Positions 1-13,200 of a DNA stretch of 64,000 nt are shown in pieces (position 1 is the first letter of the stretch; every line of letters starts with the position of its first letter). The DNA is from Tubulanus polymorphus. Its lineage: Eukaryota > Animalia > Nemertea. Where the stretch lies: assembly GCF_964204645.1 (NCBI RefSeq), contig NC_134033.1, positions 15,074,655 through 15,138,654 of the forward strand, in the 5' to 3' direction. The notes under the pieces are model-generated. The model saw only the letters and a list, made by a program, of their open reading frames with translations, ran no database searches and had not been told where the DNA came from. A program made the translations under genes and the position numbers.

Positions 1-485
1 GGCTGTATGATCAGACCACTGGAGCTCTGTGATCAGCTCAAAGGAGTTGTAAGATAAACCCAGCCTTCATTACTGTAGAAATGGACTGAAGAACTAGTCA
101 GGATTCGTTTCCGCAATTGTTGGTCAAGTTCGATTCTCAAGTCAAAATTAGTTCGTTTTCAATGTTTGAACTGTAGAGTCGAGTACGATACGCACCGAAT
201 AGCACCGAGTAAATAAACGGAACTGAGAGAAAGAGATAAATAAATAGGGGACACAGGGCAAAATACGCAATTGTGATTCTTGATACATTATTGCACAATA
301 TTGAAGGCCCTTGAACATGATCTATACCGCGAATTAACGAAAATAACCTTAATTCACTTGATCAACCAATCAGCGATCGGCTTACATTTTCATCCAGCCA
401 ATCAGAAGCTAGCTTTCATTCTCATTTTTACCATAAATTAAAATTTGTATGCACAATATTTATAATAGATTCATATATCTATATC

Positions 486-522
<37 letters not shown>

Positions 523-902
523 CCTAACCCTCTTATTTTCAAGTTAAATATTCGAAATTAAAATACCATACGTTAAAATCATCAGTTCTCATATTATAGT
601 ACTGTAACGTATATATATATATTCATATAAACATTGTTGACGTCGCCACGACAACCATAAATACATTTGATGAAAGCGATAGTTGTCATAGTAACAGTAA
701 CCGAGCAAGCATCGCGATGCATTGTTCCTAATCGGCGGTGGCTATTTTTTTTTTTTCATAAACTGCGCGTTCGTATAATCCGTATAAACGTAAAAAATTA
801 AAGTTTCCATAGCGATTAATAATCCAACAATGTGTGTGACACGACGCAACTTAATCCGATAGTCGTACGTTTCGAGTTTTAAGCGCTAAACTCGTTTCGA
901 GT

Positions 903-908
903 TTTATT
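903..908 (-). terminator. possible polyadenylation signal AATAAA in the dlg1 3'UTR
   Basis: tttatt on + strand about 190 nt past the stop; a longer UTR is equally possible. Confidence 0.3.
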
Positions 909-1100
909 TCCCGTTGTTTTCGCGCTTCGCGTCGAACTCGCGTTTCGTTCTTCTCGTTTCCGCGATACACGTAGTTCACAGCTTCGCCACTAGATGTCGT
1001 CGGTTATGATACGGTTAGTCGCGTTCTCATCGTAGACGCGAGTGTGTGTAGTGATTAAACTAGCCACCAGAGGGATTTATCAGTCAATCAGCAGATGAGT

Positions 1101-1207
1101 TTAGAGTTTCTCTTTCGCCGGAACCCAGATAGTTGGACCTGACTGATCCCGAATAACCTCTTTACATTTTGCATAGATCTCATCGGCGGTGTCACCCTGT
1201 ACGACAG
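1101..1207 (-). CDS. dlg1: dlg1 last coding exon (GUK C-terminus, (A)[34 protein letters not shown])
   Basis: tttgtag acceptor, phase 1, TAA at 1103-1101; 107 nt. Confidence 0.97.
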
Positions 1208-4200
1208 CTACAAATATACAACGAATACAATTACAGTCAGTGGTTATTCAGTTAAAGAAATAGTATTTACAAATACCCCGAGTTTTCTGTATCGTTAATA
1301 ACTAATTCCCCGAGTATAACAGGTTATAAGACGAAATTCCCCAAGTGCAGCCGGAGACTGGAGAAATTATTGGGCAGGTGAGTGGAGAAATTCCTTGGTT
1401 CAAAACATTACAACCTATTCATTCTTCATGCATGATGAATTGATAAAGAAACGCGTGATCAATAGCATGATCTGAATTCCCTGAGTTTTCCAGGTTTTTG
1501 CCAAAATTTGTTAAAAACCCTCAGTTTTTCCTGATTTTTTCTCATTGCCAATTTTCCGATACAGAGGTCACCATGAATGGTAACCCGAGTTTGTTGTCAT
1601 GTGAACTATAGCCACTTACCAGTGAAGTACTCCCCAAACTCTTGTTCTAGTTTCAGAGCTCTTTCGTAAGTTTTCTTCGCTTGGTCATCGGTAGCACGTT
1701 TGTTGATTTCCCTAAAATTCGAGAAACATAAATAAGTGAGTAATTCAACACGAGTACCGGTAATTGAGTACAAGCGAATGAGTACCGATGAATGAGTAAA
1801 TGAAAGTCTAGTAGTACTCACATGATGGATTCAACTGATTTCGGTTTGATGAATATAGCAATAGGATACATTCCTGCCACCTGGAGGCGTTTGATGGCAT
1901 TACCGCTCACATCTAATATACAATGTTTGCCCTGAAAATAACGATCAAACAATAATTAGAGAACAGAGTTTAATGCGAATAGAAATGAGGGGAAGTTTTA
2001 ACCCTCTCGGTGCGTCTACACCGCAGTGCGGTGTATAAATCGGTGATAGCCTTTGCTAGAACACCGCATCGCAGTGTATAGATGTTATTGGCAATTAGTT
2101 TCTATCTCTAAAGAAAGAGGGCAGCACCCGTCGAACATTGTGAAATACTAGTAACTAATGATACACCGCATCGCAGTGTAGTCGCAATATCATAGCGGTA
2201 TGCCCGTTATAGAACACAGGGTGGAATTCTTAAACATTTTCTTATTATCTCTAGCATTTTCAGGTATTAATTAGTCAGCACCGAAAGGACTAGAGGAATT
2301 TTCATTTATACCTTTTCAGCGACTTCCCTCACAGATGCTACGCTGGTGCCGTATAAGTTATCGTTGTACTGCCCGGCTTCGATAAACAAATGATTCTGGA
2401 TATCGCGTTCCATTTGTTCACGAGAATCGACGAAGTGATAATCGCGAGAGTCGACCTCGTAATCGCGTCTCGGTCTCGTTGTATCTGAGATAAAGAAAAA
2501 ACAGAATCTCAAGATTTTTAGAACAGCAGACGTCAGGATTTTCGAACATATGCAGTGATTTGTATATTCTCGGAGCCACCCCTGTTGGATACGAGTGTGA
2601 AACTTACGTGGAACGCAGCTGCCAAATTTATCGGGGAATTCAGAAATCAAGTCGTCGTTGATTCGGTCTTTCAACGGTCCGAGAATGATCACAGGTCGCG
2701 TGTACTTTACTGTTAAATAGAAAACGAGTTGAAAGTGAATTCAACAACGGAATAAATCTCAACACAGGTTTCGATTGAACAGACTAGCAATTTCGGATTA
2801 TAAAATTTCTAGCGGCTGCTTCTGTCAGGTTGGCAGATTATGCTTTTCCGGAATAGGTTGAGCTTATTCTGGTCAAAACGAAGATAATCCCAGAATCGGC
2901 AGAGACCGATCAAAACCTGCCTAAGTGTCGGATGAAATAAGTAGTACTTACATTCCTCCTGATTAACAGCTTCATACGATAAAATCAACTCATCAAATCC
3001 TGCAAAAATACGAACAATCAAAATAATCAGTTCTCGGTAAACATTCATATAAAACTGTAGCTTATTCAAAGAGATTTTTCCAAAAAACAGCATGGTTGCC
3101 TCCATTAATCCCTCTATGACATCATCAAATTCATTCGTTTCATGATAGAGTAGACTGCGTTTGCCTCAGATTTCACAGGACCAATAAACCCTCTTTCGGG
3201 GTAGTTGGAGCAGGGATAGGCCATTGTCACGAATTCAAATTAACTTTATTTCACTTTAATATAATATACAAAGCATATCATTGGTGAATTTGGGGAGTAT
3301 GAAAGCTGGTAACGTTCTGGGGAAAACAGGGTCTGGGGCGCGTGATAACCCGTCGACTCTGGGCAAGCGCAGTCTACTCAATGACTTTAAAAAAACTTTA
3401 TTCATGATGCTTTTACTATTTACTGCCAACTCTCCCTACCTTACTCATGTATGCATGAAGTACGCACAATAAATTAATTATTTTTGACTCCCTCCCGAGG
3501 CATATGAATTGATGCATAATAAATGGATTATACCCCCCCTAACTTCCCTTCCCTGTACCCAATTCCTACTCATCAAATAGACGAGTACCTCTTATACAGA
3601 ATCGGTCGCAATTTATCATTCATGAATAACAACAACGAAAGCCGAACGAATCCTCGTCAAATTCTGTCTTAAAACTAGTTTCAAACGAATAAGCCACGAG
3701 AAAATCTCATCATCTCGAGGGGCCGTAAATTATTGTGCGAAAAATATATAGAATACGAAATTCAAGTGGATTGAATCGAAACGAATTGTGGCGCCGTGAG
3801 AGACAAAATAGAACACTATCAAAACGAAATCATCATCGTTTAACTATTTAAAAAAAAACACCAGGGTGACCACTTTCTTTCACACGTGTTTTCCCCGACT
3901 ATTTCCTGACCTGCGCGTTGTTTTCAAATATGTAAAGCCGGGCGTAGGTCGACCTTGCGCCGCGACGCGATCGTCGCGTTGCGTCACAAGTAGGGGACGC
4001 AAGTCGGTTGCGACGCGATTGTCAGCGACTCTGTGCGACTAGTTGCTCCCAGTCGCAACAGCTCGTAGATCGGTTGCGACAGTCGCGTCGCGTCATTGCG
4101 TCGCTGGCAGTCGCAACCCGTCGCTGGCAGTCGCAAGGTAGCGTAGGTCGGTTGGTCGTTGCGACGCGATCGTCGCGTCGCAGTGAGTCACAAGCGGTCG

Positions 4201-7200
4201 CAAGGCCGACTTACGCCCGGCTTTAGATCATGTAATCTAGCAATCTCAACAAATTTCTGTGATTTTTTCATGATTTTTGGCTTTTTTTCTCTTACACAAA
4301 ATTCCCTGATTGTTTTTTTTAAAGAAAAGAAAATTCCCGACTTGGCAGTTAAGTGGCCACCCTGAAAAAAAACAGAAAAGAAATTGACGAGTTAGTAAAA
4401 CTATAATAAGAAACTGTGCCAGTTATGAAAATAAAGGAATAAAATTTCACAAATCGTCTACTCGTTTAAACAATACAATCTACTCGAACGAATTCAATAC
4501 GAATACATTTTTTCTACATATTCAACAACAGGGAATAAAACTAGAAAAAAATAGAAAATAAAACTAAAAAACTCGCGATAACCATCGGAATACCTACGCA
4601 ACAATTCACGCTAAAAAAATAACTGAAATATTTCTTGCACTACTAATTTCTGATATACGTAAGCGGTGAACGATGTCTAAACCGTGCTGCCATCTGTCAG
4701 TGACAGCTGGAACTAACGTTACGTCGGCTAGTAGATGAGTACTTACTATTGCTAACGTCACTTTGACTTCCACTCACTGCAACTGTGGATATTACATATA
4801 TATATATAAACACTTCATTATCAATTATATATATATATATATATATATATAAATATTTATCGTGAAAATGTTCATTTTTCAAAATTATGGACCCTAAAAA
4901 AATGTTAGATTTTTCTAAAACACGATGCAGGTGGCGCTAGTCGTCCTGATCGACCGAACGACGACGACGGATTTTTCCGACGGAGAAGCCAAAAATAAAC
5001 ATGCTGAAAAGCTTTCTTAACGACTAACGAAAAAACCATTGAATTCCATTGGATTCGAATCCCACTGACGTACACACATATACAACATGGTTTAACTACA
5101 CGACTGATTTTATATCAACGCACTTTTCAAGGGGGGGGGGTATAAAACGTGATCTCACACGTTTTGTCAGATTTACGCACAGACTACGGAGGGTCGCGCT
5201 TCTTTCGGCCCATTTAACAAATCCCCTGGGGCCGGTTTTATAGACTGGTATTACCTTTAGTCCGGGGGCTAACTCGATTCATTATCAATTGAGTTAGCCC
5301 CCCCGGGTTAAAGGTAATACCAGTCTATAAAACCAAGTTTTCCCTGATTTTTCTATGCGAATTCGAAAAATTCAATCAGAGTCAATCAAGGTCAGAGAAA
5401 TTTCTAGGTTTCAAATGTTACAATTCATCCATTTTTCATTGAATCACGAATTCATAAAGAAATACACGGTCAATAGCATTATTCGAATTCCTTGAGTTTT
5501 CCACAGTTTTGGTAAAATACGTCAGTTTCCCCAGATTCCCTCAGTTTTCCAGATCAGTGGCGCCACCCTGCTACATCTCAACGGTAGCTTTCAAATCATC
5601 GAAAATGAATAAGGCAATCACAACCGCGTTCTTTTATTGCTAAGCGGTTTTGATGATGACTAGCCGATCAGACGTAGCCCGGTAAACATGCAATCGTGCG
5701 TACATCTAAACCTGACTACGACTTCAATAAACGCATGCCTCAAACATTCGCTGAACGACGAATACTTCCACAACGCAACAATCGACCATAAAACTCATTA
5801 GCTTTTAAAAAACTTTAGAACGAAAGACTAGTTCGAATCAGTAAGATCGCAATATCCGAAATGAAACGATCAATGTAGAATCCCGCCATTTTTCAAACGA
5901 GTAAAAAGTTAAAATACTCGAAATATTTCTGGTGGCTCCTGCCGCTCTTCTTCAGTCTAAAGTGATAATAAATACACAGTGAATATCGAATAAGACATGA
6001 AAGATCGTCCTCGTAATTCAGTACTCTAGTCTACACCTGAAAACCTAACTATGAGCAGTGATTCGTATTCTATTCTATATTCACTGTGTATTTCATGTTT
6101 CATTATATTTAGAGTGAAGAAGGGTGGTAGGAACCGCCCGAGATATTTCTAAGTTTTTGAATAAAATTTTCAGTCTTTCAACAATCATGGGATTTTACAT
6201 TTATAAGTCAGGGGCCAGTTACTCAAAAGTCGGTTAGAGTTAACCAGTGTATAGTTGACATAGTGACAATTAAAATTCAATTGCTACTACGGTATTTAAC
6301 CGCTGGTTATCTGCATCCAACTTTTGAGTAACTGCAGCCCCTGGTTTGTTGAACACGACGAAAAAAAAAATGCCTTTTTTCCGAATATTAGCAACACGTA
6401 AAATTAGACATCTACCAAAATTGATGCGGGGTGGAATTTGAACTGGGTTTTCCCCGCGCGTTCTCCAACACCGCGTAAAATACAACAACTATTAGTACAG
6501 GTGGCGCTCCGAACAACGCAACAGAGTTTAATGAAATACGTAACATAAACATCGCGTGGCGGGGACTGACTGACTGACTGACCTTCCTCCGGGATCCGTG
6601 ATTTAAACCCTGAATATAATTCAACAACTTAAAAATATCAGCACTCAAAAACGGAAAACGCACGAACGAAAGAAATTAAATAAAACATCACCGTCTGATC
6701 TAACATGCTACTTATTCACGACACTTCTCGAGCGTTGCATTTAATATTCACTTCAAACGCGGGCGTAGTTCGACCTGCGATCGGTTGTGTAACCCAGAAT
6801 GTAGTCCAGAATCTAGTCCAGAATGTAGTCCGCGTGCGAATAGTGTTACCGGCAGTCGCGAGGTCCACCTACGCCCGGTTCAAGTTTTACTGTTACGGGT
6901 TTACATTTTTAACTCATGGCCCAGTATCAAGAGAAAATCATGATAGGATAATCGCATTTATTTCTGATCTCCCAACCTGCCACCGTGGATACTACAGAGG
7001 CCAGAGAAGATCGAGAAACTCTACAGTTACTACGATTTGAATGAACTGTGAATTAACGAGAGACCAGTGACTAATGACAGCTTTCACCAAATCGGCCGAC
7101 GCATCAACCAGCAAATACTCATAAGGAGTGTATAGAGCAAGCCTTTCCACGGCGGGCCGACTACAAATCCCCCAACAGACATTCTCAACCAGTTGTGAAT

Positions 7201-10200
7201 AGTTGAGGCTAATTCCAGTCTAAATGAATATCATTAAGAGATTTTTCAAATAAACTTTGAAGATTCAAAACGTAAGAAGACAATAACAGTTGTTTGAATC
7301 AACATCGTGGGGCTTCTCTTAATGATACTCTCGAATAGATCGATAACAGTAGCTCCCCCTGGTGAATAATCATGTAACGGTAACTCCCCCTGGTGTATTT
7401 ATTGAGGAACTTACGTTCATCGGCGCTGACGTCTATTTCGCTGCCGCTCTGATCCTTGCTCTTCTTAAATCCTAGTTTCTTCGACAACGAAAAGTTCTTT
7501 TTCTTCTTTTCTATCGTAGCTACCTAAACACAACGAGAACAACAGAAACTATAAACAAACTCCTGTAGAACACGGCGGGCTTCGATCGGTCTCTACCGAT
7601 TGCCGAATACTCTTCTAGCACGTGTGCGTTTGGACCAGAATTCTATTTTTGAAGTAAAAACCAACAATTACAATCTATTTTTATAATCTATAAACCTGAT
7701 AGAAGCGGCCGGTAGAGTTTGTAATCTGTAAACCTGATAGAAGCGGCCGGTAGAGAGTTTGTAATCTGTAAACCTGATAGAATCGGCCGATAGAGAGTTT
7801 GTAATCCAGAATCGATATTCCTAAACTAGAATACGCACAATCGAAACCAGCCTTTGCGTGCGGGTTTAAACTCACCTTTTCTTGGCTTTTGCCTTGGAAT
7901 TTTACATTCTTTAATCTTGAACGTTCTTTTTTCTCGACCCTGAAAATCGTAATTTGAATACAAGGTTAAAGAGGCCCGAAAGCATTGACACTAATTTTAT
8001 GAAATCGAAACAATGGGATACTGGCAACGCTACTGTGGCAAGTGAGGATTCAGCGATAATCCCATCAGGATCGCAGGACGACTGCGCTTCAATTTCTTCT
8101 ACATTTCAATCAAATTCTAATCTATTTTTCTGGTAAACTAATCAAAACCATACACTGAGTAAAGGGAATCTTATATCCGACGATTTATTTGATAATTTTC
8201 GTACTTGGAAGCTTAAAAATCAAGTTCAAATTCCATTGAAAATGAACTGATTTTCACTACGAATCACCCAGCGCTTTGTTGCGCCATCTGGTGGCACCGG
8301 TACCGATGAAAAAACGAATTCAGTAATCTCGTACCTCTTTTTACTGGGAATGATACCGAGTCCTTCTTCGTCTCCGTCTGGCGTTAGTCTAGTCGCCTGC
8401 CACCAGTCGTCGTCGCTAGCGTTGGTTACGTGTAAGATATCGCCATAATGGAATGCTAGTCCTTTACTCGGTAAACCGCTGTCTTTAGTTGGATCATAGT
8501 CGAATAACGCTCTGAAAAACGAAATTCATAGAATATACATGAATATATTTGTTAATAACTTATCTTTAATTCCAAGGCAAGTTCTGAAGGTCTGAAAAGT
8601 GCTATCAGTAGCAAATTGAATTTTTTTCAGTAACTTTTCTTTGAAATATGAAAGAAAATGTTCAAATTAATCAGTAATCAACAGTAAGACCCTCAGTAAA
8701 ATCTTTCATATTTCTGTTCAAATCAATCAGTAATCAACAGTAAGACCCTCAGTAACATCCTTCATATTTCTGTTCAAATTAATCAGTAATCAACAGTAAG
8801 AACCTCAGTAACATCTTTCATATTTCTGTTCAAATTAATCAGTAATCAACAGTAAGACCCTCAGTAACATCCTTCATATTTCTGTTCAAATTAATCAGTA
8901 ATCAACAGTAAGACCCTCAGTAACATCTTTCATATTTCTGTTCAAATTAATCAGTAATCAACAGTAAGACCCTCAGTAACATCTTTCATATTTCTGTTCA
9001 AATTAATCAACAGTAAGACCTTTAGTAACATCTTTCATATTTCTGTTCTAATTATCAGTAATCAACAGTAAGACCCTCAGTAACATCTTTCTTATTTCTG
9101 TACATATTGAACAAATCAAATCAGTATTTCTCATTATAAAATAGTAACAAATACTGACAATCAGGAACAGTTGGCAGCTATACATTCAAGGGTAAGAAGG
9201 AAATTTGATAGTTAATCCATAATTCTAATTGGTTCACGCTGTAGTGAGGGAGCATCAATTTTACCTGACGAATAACGTTCGTTTCTGTGTGGTTCGTAAT
9301 GAGCCCGTACTCGTGTTTAACATCTGCTCCCTGAGATCGTGTATTTTCGCCTCAAATAGATTATACTCTGAATTGGAAAAAACACACATTAAATCATACG
9401 GATATTAAATCTAGGGATAGTGGAACTCGGGCCAGTTTTCACTCGATTCAGGGGATAGAGCTCATTGAAGAACCAATGACGAAGAAACTCTGCCACGACA
9501 AGGATTCAAACTCACTCATTGACTGATGGGAAAATGGCTTTAGATGGTTTTCAGTTATCCATCATCGACAATCAAGAAACTTTTGAGTTTTCCATGCGAT
9601 TACACAAAATCAGAGCGAATCAGAGAAATTTCTAGGTTTGAAATGTTACAATTCATTCCATTCTAATTGAATCATTTATTGATAAAGAAACACATGGTCA
9701 ATAGCATTAAGCGAATTTCCTGAGTTTCACAATCAGAATTTGTCAATGATTTTTTCAAGAATTTCTAGATATCCTGAGTTTTCCAGGTCAGTGGCCATCC
9801 TGTTTGTCACTGCATGGATTCCAACCGATGAACCCTGGATTGATGAGAGGCCAGTGACTGATGGCTTCAACCGCACTGCTGCATGTCTATACATTTATCC
9901 AAAACTGATCCTAATTTCATACTGATGATAGGAGGCAAAACGACGACGTCGTTTATCAGACAGACAGGTCACCGTATATCACCTATCATCACACGCCATA
10001 TACACTGATCGTAAAATCAATAGAAATCTAGTTTAAATGGTAATCAGTGTAAGGGGAGGAGGGAGGAGGGGGAGGGGGAGGGGGAAGAGATATCAATCAC
10101 TCACTGATCGGCCCGTCGTTTTATTCTTATTACGTTACTAATGATGTCTGCAACCAGACTTACTGGGAACCAGTCAAGTATACGCAGGAAACCAGTCCCA

Positions 10201-13200
10201 TATCGATATATATACACTGGAAACCAGTCTTACTGGGAACCAGTCTCATATAACACTGGAGACCAGTCTCATGTACTATACTGGAAACCAGTCTCATATA
10301 CTACACTGGAAACCAGTCTCATATATTATACTGAGAACCAGTCTCATATATTATACTGGGAACCAGTCTCATATATTACACTGGAAACCAGTCTTATGTA
10401 CTATACTGGACACCAGTCTCATATATTATACTGGGAACCAGTCTCATATATTATGCTGGAAACCAGTCTTATGTATTATACTGGACACCAGTCTCATATA
10501 TTATACTGGGAACCAGTCTCATATATTATGCTGGAAACCAGTCTTAAGAATTGTCGCTTACCTTCTGGCTTATACTGAGCAATTATTTCCACAGCTTCTG
10601 GCGCCCCCTTCAGGGCAGCCGCTGCATCTTCATGTGTAGCCTGCTGCAAGTCGACTCCATTGACCTGTGTACAATCAAAATTAACATTATTGTATCAGCA
10701 TCTTTACAAATCCCTTTACGACATCATCAAATCATCAATGAAGTGAATGTAGTTTAGGTGTCCCTGATCATAACCGTGATCCTTTGTGATACTAGCGCCA
10801 CCAAGTGGATCTAAACTGCAGTCTCACCACGATGTTAAACTTACCTTCAATAGTTGATCGCCTCTGTGTAGTTCGCCGCTCAAATCAGCCGGACCGCCGG
10901 CTAAAATAAACGACACAAATATCCCTTCTCCATCTTCACCTCCGACTATATTGAATCCCAAACCAGTCGATGCTTTCTTCAAAATAATCTTCCTGGGCTC
11001 TCTGAAAAATATAATATCAAAATCCCATGCTTAAACTTAATCAGGTATGTTTGTTTCATCAAAACCTTGTACACACATGAAGTGATGATGTCACCTAAGA
11101 CGCCCTCAAAGTGATGAGGTCACGGAAGACACGAAAAAAGTGATGATGCTGAAGTCACCCAAAAAGTGATATCACCAAAGACACCCACAAAGTGATGATG
11201 TCACCAAAGACACCCACTAAGAGATGATATCACCAGATACCCACAAAGGGATGATGACACCAAAGACACCCACAGAGTGATATTGTCACTGAAGGCACCC
11301 GCAAAGTGATGATGTCAATAAAGGCACCTACAAAGTGATGATTACACCAAAGATACCCACAAAGTGATGATGTCACCAAAGACACGCACATAGAGTGGTG
11401 ACATCACTTATGTCCATGTACTCATTCTAAAAGGTCATTTTTAGCTTATGCATAAACCGTTGATATCATGATACGTGTTATACCCATAGATAAGTGACAT
11501 CACCAGTATACGCGTATATGAGCAGCAGATTTGTATGTCGGATTATTGGTATTGATCGCAATGCTGTTTTATCCCTGTACCAGAGAATAGAACACGATTT
11601 ATACCCGAGCAGCCTGTACATTCTGAGAACAGCACAGCTCAGCGCTATATACACACACACTATACTAGCAGCTATTCTTTTCATGTTGTTTACACAATCC
11701 ATAACTAACTCGAATAATTTTATAAAATCAAATCATGAAATCCTCAAACATATGAAGTCCTGATGAGATGAAAGTAAATAACCTCCAGTTTATTTCTATT
11801 TGTTCAAATATCCTGTATCATTTGTTGAGGTTTGACCTGGTCAGTAAGTGAGGGAGGAGAATGACCAAGACAGGGGGTCGATATTAACCATGTGGGGGCA
11901 AAGCGATGGGTTGTGGAGGAACCAGATATATATCTACTCTATCAGATAGTCAGGTAAATAAGATATACTACTTGATCAGGAGAGTGGTAGGGGTAGGTTT
12001 AGGAAGTATAGTCAGGTAGATAAACTACTTGATCAGGAGAGTGGCAGGGGTAGGTTTGGGAAGTATAGTCAGGTAGATATACAACTGGGCGTGGAGTGTG
12101 GCAGGGGTAGGTTTGGGAAGTAGGTTTTAGGTTTTACCTGGTCAATAAATCCGGATCCTGTCGCGGTCTATGATGATTAATCCTAGTTGTTGACGACGAC
12201 ATTATCAACAACAATCGAAGAACACGATATTGAAAAGAATCACTCAATTAACGAAACGACAGTTGCTGCACACAATCAGAGAATGGCGAATGTATTTACA
12301 ACAGATCACCGCAATCATCGTCGAAACACGCAGCGTCGCAACTTGTAAATATAACATAAAATCCCACATTAAGAACGAAAAATAGAGTCCGAAATGTTTC
12401 CTTGAGCTGATTGATTATGTTTGCTGTTATCACTTTATCCTAATCATGGTCATCTTCAAGAATATCAATGTCATAACAAAACTATAAGACACATGTACAT
12501 ATTCTCAGTTCTAGATTGTATGTACATATACCTAATCATTTCTTTCGTAACTTCGATACTCCTGAAGATGACTATCTAGGACTAAGTCAAAGCGTGAAAA
12601 ATAAATTATGAGACATATAAACATATTCTTGGCTTGTATATATACCTCATAATTATTTTGTAACATAAGTATTCCCGAAGGTGACTGTCTCGGAAAAAGT
12701 CGAAACGTTGAAAATAAGTTATGGATTGTATATATACCTCACAATCTTTTTTGCAAACCTTAATATTCCCGAAGATGATGAAAATAAATCTTTGAAAGGA
12801 AACCTGTTCAGGCCCTTTTATCTTTCCGAATGTGGGATTTAATAAGATCACCGAACATCGCGCTCACAGTTAGAGAGAGAGAGAGAGAGTTTTAATGAAG
12901 CCTGTCAAACTGTGATTACAAACAGATCGATAATCATTCCATTTCTTCGAATCCCCGATAAATCACTACGACGACGACAACGTCGACGCAACAATCGCGA
13001 TCGATTAATATCCGTAACCGTAGTAACGATTCCGCTGAAACAACGACAGCTACTGGAGATCTCCAGTGTTTTTTTTTCTCTATTGAAGTACGTGTTTAGA
13101 ACAAACCGATAAGGCTTTGGTTTTATTTATTTTAGAGGCCGCTGAAACCGGTTTACGTAGTACATAAACGAACGCAACGATTTAGATTTCCATCGATGGA

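Noticed and set aside
2306-2692. 128-aa ORF as one coding unit
   Set aside because: It is two GUK exons joined by an in-frame 123-nt intron (2485-2607) with canonical splice sites
5661-5754. C/D box snoRNA (tgatga ... ctga)
   Set aside because: On the strand opposite the host transcript, no clear terminal stem or recognisable guide
8657-9101. CRISPR-like periodicity
   Set aside because: Head-to-tail units without unique spacers, eukaryotic intron, no cas genes
10141-10639. Repetitive plus-strand ORFs
   Set aside because: Translations of a 25-bp minisatellite
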